Source: Candidatus Woesearchaeota archaeon (GTDB lineage: Archaea > Nanobdellota > Nanobdellia > Pacearchaeales > GW2011-AR1). Taken from it: a stretch of DNA of 48,279 nucleotides. The stretch is taken from positions 1 through 48,279 of the forward strand of contig CAZRZR010000002.1 of assembly GCA_964604715.1 (NCBI GenBank), read 5' to 3'. The notes under the pieces are model-generated. The model was not told the DNA's origin. It searched no databases and saw only the letters and a program-made list of their open reading frames with translations. Position numbers and translations under genes: made by a program. Positions 40,664 through 48,279 of the stretch are shown piece after piece (position 1 is the stretch's first letter; each line of letters starts with the position of its first letter).

Positions 40664-40679
40664 TATTAAAGAAAAGAAA

Positions 40680-40692
40680 GGTTATTAAAAAC
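40680..40692. promoter_or_regulatory. single central TATA-like box shared by divergent genes 40663(-) and 40710(+)
   Basis: The spacer is 46 nt. GGTTATTAAAAAC lies about 23-24 nt from both start codons. Confidence 0.35.
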
Positions 40693-40709
40693 ACTTTCTC
40701 TCTAAGAAG

Positions 40710-40988
40710 ATGGCCGATGCATTAAATCTTACAGAACTAACAAGGGCAATGTGGAGTACCTTGCCTTCAGACATGTTCGGAGGAATTACGTTCTTGTTGT
40801 CTATTGCAAAAATCGCAGGAATTTTAGTTCTTGTTTATCTTGGATTTCTTATCATTCAAACAGTAGTTAAAATACGGCAAGCGTTAAGACTTAAACAAAT
40901 ACAACAAGATATTGCAGAAATACGGGATAATATTGCATTACTTGTTGGAAAGCGCGTGAAAAAGGACAAAGATAAAAAATCTAAATAG
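40710..40988 (+). CDS. small membrane protein, hypothetical
   Basis: 92 aa with TM ITFLLSIAKIAGILVLVYLGFLII and a basic coiled tail. Confidence 0.55.
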   Translation: MADALNLTELTRAMWSTLPSDMFGGITFLLSIAKIAGILVLVYLGFLIIQTVVKIRQALRLKQIQQDIAEIRDNIALLVGKRVKKDKDKKSK

Positions 40989-41463
40989 CAACTATTTCTT
41001 TCTTATTGGTCAAGGAATTATAGAATTTTTCTAAATCCTTATGCTTTATTTCGAGTGTTTCTGTATTTATATTAGGGTGAAATCCCACAAGTTTCGCCTT
41101 CCACACTTCTTCATCCAGAATAAAGTACGTTCGTGAAGAATAAATTATTCCAAAGATGCTGACGCTTCCAGGCGTCAAGTGAATTTCTCGCAAAAGTTCT
41201 TCAGCAGATGCAAAACGTATTTTTTTCACTTGTAAATGTTGTTCGAGTTTCTTAGTATCAAGTCGTTTATTTGCAGGCATCCCCATAAGATAAAACGCTC
41301 CTTTTTCATCTTTCAAAAATAGCGTTTTACAATGCAAACTCTCAGAGTTAAATAATTCCCTGTGTTTCTTGGATTCCTCAACGGTAAAAACTGCAGGATG
41401 TTTGACAGAAACGTACGTAATTCCATGCTCGTGTAAATACGATTCGAGCTTTTTGTCTTCCAT
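40981..41463 (-). CDS. YbaK/ProX-family aminoacyl-tRNA trans-editing (deacylase) domain protein
   Basis: 160 aa. HPAVFTVEESKKH...LHCKTLFLKDEKGAFYLMGMPANKRLDTKKL...ASAEELLREIHLTPGSVSIFG is the typical ProX/YbaK pattern with the conserved Lys. Confidence 0.75.
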   Translation of the reverse strand: MEDKKLESYLHEHGITYVSVKHPAVFTVEESKKHRELFNSESLHCKTLFLKDEKGAFYLMGMPANKRLDTKKLEQHLQVKKIRFASAEELLREIHLTPGSVSIFGIIYSSRTYFILDEEVWKAKLVGFHPNINTETLEIKHKDLEKFYNSLTNKKEIVAI

Positions 41464-41464
41464 A

Positions 41465-42472
41465 TTACTTATCTAATGACAGTCCCGATGGATCTACCTC
41501 TTCATACGCTCGAGGAGTTAATTCGATTAAAGACACTCTTTTTTTAGGATTATTTTTATTCCATACTTCAAGATTATCTTTTGTAGATAATCGTCCAGCA
41601 AGCGAGTATTCTGGCCCACATGACTTTTTCCCACCTAATGCATGGAGCGCTCCAAGATCAGTAACTGCAAAAATATCGTCGTAACTTGTAATCTTGTCCA
41701 AGAGGCGGTCTTCTCTTCCTTCAGAATTACTTTTTGCTTCAATATTAAAATCTCTACTGCTAAGTACGTTGCCCCGACGCATAATTTCAGGATCTTCCCA
41801 TCCTACTAACCTGATCTTCTCTTCCGCTCTTAATAGACAATCCGCGCCAGGAGCATATTTAAATTTCTCAAATTCTTCAACCTTTGTATGAACAAATTTT
41901 TTATCGCCCAATCGCTGCTCATATTTTAGCTCTTGTTGGGGATCGATATATCCCAAAAAAGCAAGTCTTTGGAGCAGACCTAAATGGGTTATAGATGCTT
42001 TTTGTGCATCTATTTCTACTCCTTGTGCTAGCCCGTCTGTATAGAGGTTAAGTCGCCCGTATCTAGAGTACAATTCTTTTTCTATCTGGTATATGTCTCT
42101 TTGTATATCATTAATTCGTGCAGTAAGTTCTTTTTGCACTAAAGTATCATCACTTAAGGGCAGTCCTGCTCTTTTCAGGTCAGCTTCTCTCAAAATTTTG
42201 TTAATATTAAGATGAGCTTGCCGTATATGAACAAGACAATACTTTGCATCGGGAGTTTCATACTTCTTCACTTCTCGAGCTTCAGGAAAGCTATCTGGAA
42301 AAGCATGTAGAAACTCATTTGCAGCTTGCGTTTTTGTTGGAGCAGTGCGAGCAGCAGGAGTGGCTGGAGTATAAGTCGGTTTCGTGCCAGTAGGCGAGCT
42401 AAAAATTGTTGCCCCTATGGCCATTCCTGCAGCAGCCAGGGCAATTCCATTTCTTACGTGTTTGTTCATCAC
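41465..42472 (-). CDS. hypothetical protein with N-terminal signal/anchor
   Basis: 335 aa. IALAAAGMAIGATIF is followed by a Pro/Thr/Ala linker and then a globular domain. No family recognised. Confidence 0.6.
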   Translation of the reverse strand: MMNKHVRNGIALAAAGMAIGATIFSSPTGTKPTYTPATPAARTAPTKTQAANEFLHAFPDSFPEAREVKKYETPDAKYCLVHIRQAHLNINKILREADLKRAGLPLSDDTLVQKELTARINDIQRDIYQIEKELYSRYGRLNLYTDGLAQGVEIDAQKASITHLGLLQRLAFLGYIDPQQELKYEQRLGDKKFVHTKVEEFEKFKYAPGADCLLRAEEKIRLVGWEDPEIMRRGNVLSSRDFNIEAKSNSEGREDRLLDKITSYDDIFAVTDLGALHALGGKKSCGPEYSLAGRLSTKDNLEVWNKNNPKKRVSLIELTPRAYEEVDPSGLSLDK

Positions 42473-42555
42473 GAACGTGATTAATCGCGTCTTAAAAACC
42501 TTTTTACTCAGTAAGTTTTATATAGCAACAATGAAGTTTATGGCTAAGAGGAAGC

Positions 42556-42798
42556 ATGTCAGTTACAGTCTATTCAACACAGTTTTGTCCATGGTGTCAT
42601 AAGGCAAAGGAATTTCTTAAATCTCATAAAGTTAAATTCACCAGTTTGGATGTAGGCAATGACAGTAAAGCTGCAAAGAAAATGATCGAGCTATCAGGTC
42701 AGTCTGGAGTGCCTGTGATAGACGTAAACGGTACAATTATAATTGGATTTGAAGAAGCTAAATTGCGCGAGGTGCTAAAGATAAATGACAAAAAATGA
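42556..42798 (+). CDS. glutaredoxin-like protein
   Basis: VTVYSTQFCPWCHKAKEFL (CPxC active site) and GVPVIDVNGTIIIGF. 80 aa. Confidence 0.85.
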   Translation: MSVTVYSTQFCPWCHKAKEFLKSHKVKFTSLDVGNDSKAAKKMIELSGQSGVPVIDVNGTIIIGFEEAKLREVLKINDKK

Positions 42799-43735
42799 CT
42801 ATGACTTTGGAATCATAGGTGCAGGAGGTACAGGTCTAGCCGCTGCAATGTATGCTGCGCGTTTAGGTTTGAAGACAATCGCATTTGGCGCATCACATGG
42901 CTCAGAGTTGCCCATAGGAGGCGTAATAACTACGACAAACGTAGTAGAAAACTATCCAGGATTTATTCGTCTCACGGGCACAGAACTCGCAGATAAAATA
43001 CGAGAGCACGCTCAATCATACGACCTAGTTACTATAAAAGAAGAAAAAGTTGAATCGGTAAAAAAATCGACTTCTGGATTTACTATTAAAACAAATGAAT
43101 CTACGTATACGGTAAAGGCAGTGTTGTTCGCAACAGGTACTAAATGGCGCCGTTTAGAAGTGCCTGGCGCGGTAGAATTTGAGAATAAAGGTGTCGCATA
43201 TTGCGCATTATGCGACGGTCCTCTCTATAGAAACAAAATTGTTGGAGTCGTAGGCGGTTCTGATTCAGCCGCAAAAGACGCATTATTGCTCGCGGAACAC
43301 GCGAAGAAGGTCTACATTATTTACAGAGGCGATCAAATTAGATCAGAACCAATTAATACTGCTCGAATAGCTCAGAACAAAAAAATAGAAGTGATTACCA
43401 AAACCAACGTAGTTGAAGTAAAGGGGTCGCAGTTTATCGAACGCGTTGTGTTGGATAAAGCATATCAGAGATCAAAGGAACTAGCCTTAAACGGATTATT
43501 TATTGCAATAGGCCATATAGTCTTATCTGACTTAGCTAAACCTCTTGGCGTCAAGTTAAACGAAAAAAATGAGATTATTCTAGATCATAAAACGTCTGAA
43601 ACAAACGTACCAGGCGTATTTGCTGCTGGGGACGTCGCTGATAAACCGTTCAAGCAAGCCATCACTGGTGTTGCAGAGGGCTGCACGGCCGCATACAGTG
43701 CTTATGAGTATATTACAAAGAAATCCTTCAACTAA
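42785..43735 (+). CDS. trxB: thioredoxin-disulfide reductase
   Basis: FAD motif [17 protein letters not shown], redox CALCDG, NAD(P)H motif [12 protein letters not shown], and C-terminal GVFAAGDV. Overlaps the grx end by 14 nt. Confidence 0.88.
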   Translation: MTKNDYDFGIIGAGGTGLAAAMYAARLGLKTIAFGASHGSELPIGGVITTTNVVENYPGFIRLTGTELADKIREHAQSYDLVTIKEEKVESVKKSTSGFTIKTNESTYTVKAVLFATGTKWRRLEVPGAVEFENKGVAYCALCDGPLYRNKIVGVVGGSDSAAKDALLLAEHAKKVYIIYRGDQIRSEPINTARIAQNKKIEVITKTNVVEVKGSQFIERVVLDKAYQRSKELALNGLFIAIGHIVLSDLAKPLGVKLNEKNEIILDHKTSETNVPGVFAAGDVADKPFKQAITGVAEGCTAAYSAYEYITKKSFN

Positions 43736-43781
43736 TGTAAAAGCAAAGCTTTATATGCCTAGTTTAGCAGCAATTTATACA

Positions 43782-43973
43782 ATGAAAGGCAAAGTAAAAT
43801 TTTTCAACGAATCGAAAGGCTTCGGCTTTATAATCGGTGAAGACGGAAAGCAATATTTCGTCCATAGCACTGGTTTAGAGTCTGGCACGTCTCTACGTGA
43901 AAACGATTCAGTTACCTTTGAAGTAACTGAAGGCGAAAAAGGCCCTAAGGCCGTTAAAGTCGCTAAAGGTTAA
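43782..43973 (+). CDS. csp: cold-shock domain protein
   Basis: [32 protein letters not shown] carries RNP1 KGFGFI and an RNP2-like FVH. 63 aa. The longer track ORF (from 43620) overlaps trxB and is rejected. Confidence 0.88.
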   Translation: MKGKVKFFNESKGFGFIIGEDGKQYFVHSTGLESGTSLRENDSVTFEVTEGEKGPKAVKVAKG

Positions 43974-44009
43974 ACTTCTTTACAACTAATTATGAGTCAA
44001 ATCTTAGCG

Positions 44010-44402
44010 TTAGCCCTCGAAAAACTGACCGAAACGCTTCCCGTGTGATTTAACTCGTTCAAGACTCACTACCCAGTTATTACCTGTATCCTCAAGGTGC
44101 TCTGGATGTAAAAAATGCCACCCTTCTCTATTGAAACGAGTTGCAATAACTGGCTTTAAGCCCATCATATGCGCAAATAAAAGAAAATCTTCAACTTGTG
44201 CCTTTGTAATATAAATTCTTGATTTCTTGCTTGATTTAGCTTCAACAGCATAACCTCCTAGGCCAATTTTGCCTGCAACGATGTCGCATGGTGAATTGTC
44301 ATTTACGCCCGAACCAGCAACACGTGCAGCGCGCCATCCTTGATCACTGAACAATTGTACCAGCTCACGCTCTGCTTTCGACCCCTTTGCCTTATTTGAC
44401 AT
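44010..44402 (-). CDS. hjc: Holliday junction resolvase Hjc
   Basis: KGSKAERELVQLFSDQGWRAARVAGSG...CDIVAGK...AVEAKSSKK shows the E...D...E-x-K nuclease pattern of archaeal Hjc. 130 aa. A TATA-like TTTAAATAA lies about 27 nt upstream. Confidence 0.82.
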   Translation of the reverse strand: MSNKAKGSKAERELVQLFSDQGWRAARVAGSGVNDNSPCDIVAGKIGLGGYAVEAKSSKKSRIYITKAQVEDFLLFAHMMGLKPVIATRFNREGWHFLHPEHLEDTGNNWVVSLERVKSHGKRFGQFFEG

Positions 44403-44438
44403 ACGCCAAAAAGTAAATCTCTCTTTAAATAACTAGCT

Positions 44439-44469
44439 AAAAATAAAAAGAAAATAAAAAAATAAAAAC
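44439..44469 (-). terminator. oligo-T terminator region after 44473..45354
   Basis: The minus strand reads TTTTTATTTTTTTATTTTCTTTTTATTTTT immediately after the stop. Confidence 0.45.
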
Positions 44470-44472
44470 TTC

Positions 44473-45354
44473 TTAATTGCTTGGTTGAGCTGTTACAGCT
44501 TGAGCTTTTATTCTAGCTTCAGCATTAGCTCTTTCTAAGTTCCCGCCGAATACGCGTTTCCATAGCCCTCTAAATCCTCCAACTTGTTCGGCTGGTAAAG
44601 GTCCGACACTACCTTTTCCACTATTAACTGAGTCAGAACTTCCCGAGTTGCCATTGTCTCCGCTCTTTACAGAACCTCGCCCGCTATTTTCATGCTTTGG
44701 CTTCTGCGAAAGTAGCTTTGTCTTAACAGCTAATGTTAAATCTATATTTCCAGAGTCAAGTTTTAACGTACCCGTATAGATAGTTAAGCCAGTGTATTTC
44801 TTATCAGCATTCAATGTTAATGTGCCAACTTTGTTTTTCTCTCGATAAACATCAAAAGTTGCGCTATCTTCGATTACATTCTCTCCTGAAGTTATAGTTC
44901 TTATAAGACGATATTTTTTATCACCTGCTAGGGAAAGACGACCTGCAGATATAATCCTAACATCGTTCGTATCTGTAGAGCTGACAAACTTCTTTTGAAC
45001 AATTGCAATGCCTGCAAAACCTGCCTCATTATTAGAGTTCACATAATATCCAGAGCCTACAGCTGCTAAAATATTTGGGAATGCCTTATATTTTGCATCT
45101 ATTCCAACAGCAGTCTGATCATCCAGCGTAGCTAGTTCATCTTCTTGTACAGAACTAGCACTCACTTCAGAGCTAACTGTTGCAGCATCGGTTGTTATAG
45201 CTGCGGGAATACTTGAATCATCATACCCGTTATCCGAAGAGTCGTCAAACTCATCATCTCCCGAATCGTCAGATCCTTCTCGCGCAATTACAAATCCTGT
45301 TGCAAAAATGCTCAGCATAAGCATAGTTATTACAAATAATTGTGTTTTCTTCAT
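44473..45354 (-). CDS. secreted protein with acidic N-terminal region, hypothetical
   Basis: Signal peptide MKKTQLFVITMLMLSIFATGFVIA, then SDDSGDDEFDDSSDNGYDDSS, then a beta-rich domain. Confidence 0.65.
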   Translation of the reverse strand: MKKTQLFVITMLMLSIFATGFVIAREGSDDSGDDEFDDSSDNGYDDSSIPAAITTDAATVSSEVSASSVQEDELATLDDQTAVGIDAKYKAFPNILAAVGSGYYVNSNNEAGFAGIAIVQKKFVSSTDTNDVRIISAGRLSLAGDKKYRLIRTITSGENVIEDSATFDVYREKNKVGTLTLNADKKYTGLTIYTGTLKLDSGNIDLTLAVKTKLLSQKPKHENSGRGSVKSGDNGNSGSSDSVNSGKGSVGPLPAEQVGGFRGLWKRVFGGNLERANAEARIKAQAVTAQPSN

Positions 45355-45468
45355 TGTTTCATACCTCCTTTCATCTTTGTATAATCCATAGTTTCCTAAA
45401 GAAAGAGTTCTTTATAAGAGTCGACTGGAACGTTAAGTGGAACGATACTGAAACTAAGATTTCAAGAT

Positions 45469-45795
45469 TTATCTAACACGAGGAGCCATCGCATCGTCCA
45501 ATGCTTTAACACCAATTGCTCTTTTCGCAACTACTCGTGTCGGTTGAGCTTTAAATTTACCTACGAATCTAGATAATCTTCCTTTTCCGCTGACATCGCT
45601 AACAACGCGTGCACTAATAGATCTAGCTTTGGCTTTTGTGGTTGAATCTTTTGATGCGACTGCCTTGCCTGCGATAGATGCCTTGCCTTTGGATTTTACT
45701 GATCCCGCTTTAGCAAAACTATATGCACTCACCATGCTGATTGCAAGAATAACTACTAATAAGACTGCAATAATCATATAGCTTTTTGATTTCAT
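45469..45795 (-). CDS. small secreted/anchored basic protein, hypothetical
   Basis: MKSKSYMIIAVLLVVILAISMVSA, then a Lys/Ala/Ser-rich 80 aa. Confidence 0.5.
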   Translation of the reverse strand: MKSKSYMIIAVLLVVILAISMVSAYSFAKAGSVKSKGKASIAGKAVASKDSTTKAKARSISARVVSDVSGKGRLSRFVGKFKAQPTRVVAKRAIGVKALDDAMAPRVR

Positions 45796-45826
45796 AGTGC
45801 TCGATGTAATTTCTTCTTTATATAGT

Positions 45827-46537
45827 TTATCGTAAACTAACGAACTTGTTTTTACCTTCTCCCTCTAGTTTAACAAGTTTCTTACGCTCTAGTTCATGCA
45901 CATGTCGTGAGAACGCGGCCTTAGGAATATCGGTTTGTTTTCGTAAGTACGACATTTTTGCATGCTTCAAGGCTTTCAATTCATTAATTATCAATCTTTC
46001 TCGATCGTTGAGAACTCCTTCTACAAGCCTAAGTTTATCTATTTCCTTTATGACTTGCTTTTTATCAAATTTCGATTGGCTTTTCGTTTTCTTCTTCAGA
46101 TAAAAATAAACTAATAGCAAGACAATAATTGCTACGACTATCCATAAGCTCAGAGAGCTTTCATTATCTTCAATATGATATCTTACTTCAATAGACTCAC
46201 CATCGCTTATAGCTATCTGTCCTCTCTCTAGAAATACCTCTCCCGCGTTATACGAATCAAGAACGGCATTTTGAGGCAGTATAACTGTAATCTTGCTATT
46301 AGCTAGCTTATAAGAGAATTTCCATTCATTCCCTTGCTTACTCGTAAGTATACTAGTTTTTCCGCTAATCGTTCCATCTTCAAGCGTAACGCCTTGTGGC
46401 AAACTAATGTGCTCATTAGTATCTCCTAAAAACAGCGCATCGCCTCTCTCATCAAGATAAATATTAAGTTGCGTAGCAGCAGAGGCTTGCGCAATTACAA
46501 AAATAAAAATAACTAACGCCAGAAAGGCTTTCTTCAT
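45827..46537 (-). CDS. membrane-anchored winged-helix regulator (extracytoplasmic domain - TM - cytoplasmic wHTH)
   Basis: Signal MKKAFLALVIFIFVIAQASA, an ectodomain of about 110 aa, TM LWIVVAIIVLLLVYFYL, and a C-terminal wHTH ERLIINELKALKHAKMSYLRKQTDIPKAAFSRHVHELERKKLVKLEGEGKNKF. Confidence 0.65.
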   Translation of the reverse strand: MKKAFLALVIFIFVIAQASAATQLNIYLDERGDALFLGDTNEHISLPQGVTLEDGTISGKTSILTSKQGNEWKFSYKLANSKITVILPQNAVLDSYNAGEVFLERGQIAISDGESIEVRYHIEDNESSLSLWIVVAIIVLLLVYFYLKKKTKSQSKFDKKQVIKEIDKLRLVEGVLNDRERLIINELKALKHAKMSYLRKQTDIPKAAFSRHVHELERKKLVKLEGEGKNKFVSLR

Positions 46538-46573
46538 CTTACGTTAAGTTAAAAGTAATTTATATAGATGACG

Positions 46574-48279
46574 TTAGATTTCCTGGAGGTAAACTTTAGC
46601 GTAGACCTGTTCTTTCGGATAAAATATCCCTGAAATCCATTGATCTGAATCTGTTCTATCAGTCCACACGAATGTTCCATATCTATCCACACTTCGGTAC
46701 ACATTAGGCTTGCTTTCCATATTAAGTTCATCAAACTTCAAATCTTGACCCCATGTTGTTTCAACGTCTGAAAGGCCTGCTCCTTTCGGTCCTGTAAATT
46801 CTGGTTTTACTATAAGGGCCTCATATCCTGTATCGCTTTTGTTTTCAAATATAACTAATGCAGGAGTCATAACTCCTCCAACGCCACCCACAGGTTCAAG
46901 GTAAATTAACGCACGATGCAATGTCTCGGTTTTAACAATTTTCCAGTTTAGCTTGCCACTATTCCCACTTTGGAAGTTAATATTTGTGTTATTATTGCTA
47001 GTAGGTCTTGTATCCAAAACAAATGCTTGCAAATTAGGAACAATTACTACGTAAACGCCCGTAGTATTAGTTGGAGTAAACGTTATTTCGTCATAGTTAT
47101 TTCCATTCGGTATTCTTATTTTCAATACGCCACCTACTGTTCCACCAAAGTATGGCGGCAACGTATTAAGATTCATATATATCGGTTCATAATACATCAC
47201 CTTTGCTCCTAATATGTTTTTAAATACAGGGTAAAATATTCCAGTTCCATCATTAGGGCTCTGTGGATAATTTAACCTAACGAAGAGACTACCGCTTCCA
47301 GAAGACCCAGAGTAAGTTATTTCATAGATTTTACCTTGAATATTAATGGTTCCATGTCCTTCTGAAGTTATTGTTGCATGATATGAATCTCCTGTTCCAC
47401 TTAATCTATCTATAAACCAAACTTCATCGTCCGAATAGCCATTACCAGAGGTTGCATTGTTGATGTCTATTAATTCTAGCAATCTTCCATTGTCGTGATC
47501 TCCAACAACTAAAAATTCTCCTTTCTTTACATCACGCGTCTCTGTGATTCTAATTTGTTTTGTGGGCCCATACCCTAAATAAGGAGTTCCGTTCACATCA
47601 ACAACAAACGGAACACCCACAGCGTAATTAAAGGAGTCTACTTTTAGATCCATCTCTAATTCGTGCGGTACGTAGTCATGAGTTATCCCTATTATCTGTC
47701 TTTCGATTGTGCCATGATCTAATTCATTCAGGTCAGGTATGCTCAATCCCTCATAACTTATCTGGAAAGTGCCAAAAACAGGATCAATAAAAGGTTGTCC
47801 TAAGGTAATCGCATCTCGATCTGAATCTGGAGCGGCTATAAAGATATGAAGGTTTAGAAGATCATTACCAACTCCATCAAAGTCAACTAAAGTTCCATCG
47901 ATGTCTTCTTCATCAAAACCTCTTGAAACTTCTTGACCGTCTTCTAGATTAATTATATCGTTAGGGTTATTGGTATTAACAAGCACTATCTGATACTGTG
48001 TTGTAGATGGATGCACTTTGTAAGTCTTGCCAAACAAAACAATGTTTTTGCCTTTTGACATGGAGCTAGTAAAATCAACATGAGGATTAAAATTAACTGT
48101 CGAAATATACGCCCTGTTAGATTGAGCATTTAATCCAATATTTATTCCATCTATGGGCTCGCTATCTACGGTGGGTTGCTTAGCATACACAATACGAGAA
48201 TAAATTGAGTCTAGGGCAGGTGGGCCTATAATTATTCCTTGTTTATAATTAGACACAACATTGCCTGAAAATTTTCCGT
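46574..48279 (-). CDS. putative S-layer / surface protein paralog 2 (5' end beyond window)
   Basis: The reading frame stays open to the window edge. Collinear matches to 16012..18636 include NATSGNGYSDDEVWF/NSTSGNGYSDDEVVF, LFVRLNYPQSPNDG/ILVRLNYPDSSSNG, FIDPVFGTFQISY/FLDPVWGSFKIDF, PALVIFEN/PALVVFEE and FYPKEQVYAKVYL/SYPDEQVQAKVYV. Confidence 0.75.
   Translation of the reverse strand, partial: GKFSGNVVSNYKQGIIIGPPALDSIYSRIVYAKQPTVDSEPIDGINIGLNAQSNRAYISTVNFNPHVDFTSSMSKGKNIVLFGKTYKVHPSTTQYQIVLVNTNNPNDIINLEDGQEVSRGFDEEDIDGTLVDFDGVGNDLLNLHIFIAAPDSDRDAITLGQPFIDPVFGTFQISYEGLSIPDLNELDHGTIERQIIGITHDYVPHELEMDLKVDSFNYAVGVPFVVDVNGTPYLGYGPTKQIRITETRDVKKGEFLVVGDHDNGRLLELIDINNATSGNGYSDDEVWFIDRLSGTGDSYHATITSEGHGTINIQGKIYEITYSGSSGSGSLFVRLNYPQSPNDGTGIFYPVFKNILGAKVMYYEPIYMNLNTLPPYFGGTVGGVLKIRIPNGNNYDEITFTPTNTTGVYVVIVPNLQAFVLDTRPTSNNNTNINFQSGNSGKLNWKIVKTETLHRALIYLEPVGGVGGVMTPALVIFENKSDTGYEALIVKPEFTGPKGAGLSDVETTWGQDLKFDELNMESKPNVYRSVDRYGTFVWTDRTDSDQWISGIFYPKEQVYAKVYLQEI

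Noticed and set aside
43620-43781. Long form of the cold-shock ORF (43620..43973).
   Set aside because: The upstream 54 codons overlap the trxB C-terminus in another frame. The canonical Csp starts at MKGKVKFF (43782).
46549-46734. 61-aa ORF 46549..46734(-), overlapping the 3' end of S-layer paralog 2.
   Set aside because: It is in a different frame of the same strand, inside a paralog-supported ORF, and has no independent signals.
1-48279. CRISPR arrays, rRNA genes, transposases/integrases, prophage or plasmid modules.
   Set aside because: I saw no regularly spaced direct repeats of CRISPR type, no rRNA-like conserved stretches, and no DDE, serine or tyrosine recombinase-like ORFs. The tRNAs are not flanked by integrase genes.

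Overview
This is an AT-rich, very compact archaeal window. The evidence for archaeal origin is aIF5A, PCNA, PriS, Hjc, Spt5, SecE/Sec61-gamma, ribosomal proteins L40e/L37Ae/P0/P1, RpoP, prefoldin and TATA-box promoters. The gene content and style (tiny intergenic spacers, overlapping stops, a fused primase, many Cys-rich envelope proteins) look like a DPANN-type lineage (Woese-/Pacearchaeota-like). That placement is inference only.

About one third of the window is information-processing and housekeeping:
- rpl1-rpl10(P0)-rpl12(P1)
- eif5a-rpl40e-S2P protease
- FKBP, then ftsZ-secE-spt5-rpl11
- rpl37ae-rpoP-pfdB, and sepF
- PCNA divergent from a PriS primase
- ProX/YbaK, Grx-TrxB-Csp, Hjc, and two tRNAs

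The rest is a cell-envelope island:
- two paralogous S-layer-like proteins
- a short archaeosortase-family gene next to a C-terminally anchored surface protein
- a secreted SNase-LTD nuclease
- Cys-knot-anchored surface proteins

The most interesting feature is a ~13.7 kb minus-strand cluster (19376-33073). It is headed by a small ribbon-helix-helix gene, which is not in the ORF track. It encodes six proteins with archaeal type IV-pilin-like (class III) N-termini and three large Cys-rich modular proteins related by a fusion/split (Rosetta-stone) pattern. A Ca-loop lipoprotein and a type I membrane protein sit in the middle. No pilus ATPase, platform protein or prepilin peptidase is in the window. 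I cannot assign the large proteins to any named family, so I flag this cluster as a candidate undescribed surface/attachment system.

All calls come from reading the translations and sequence by eye. No database search was run, so family names rest on remembered motifs.
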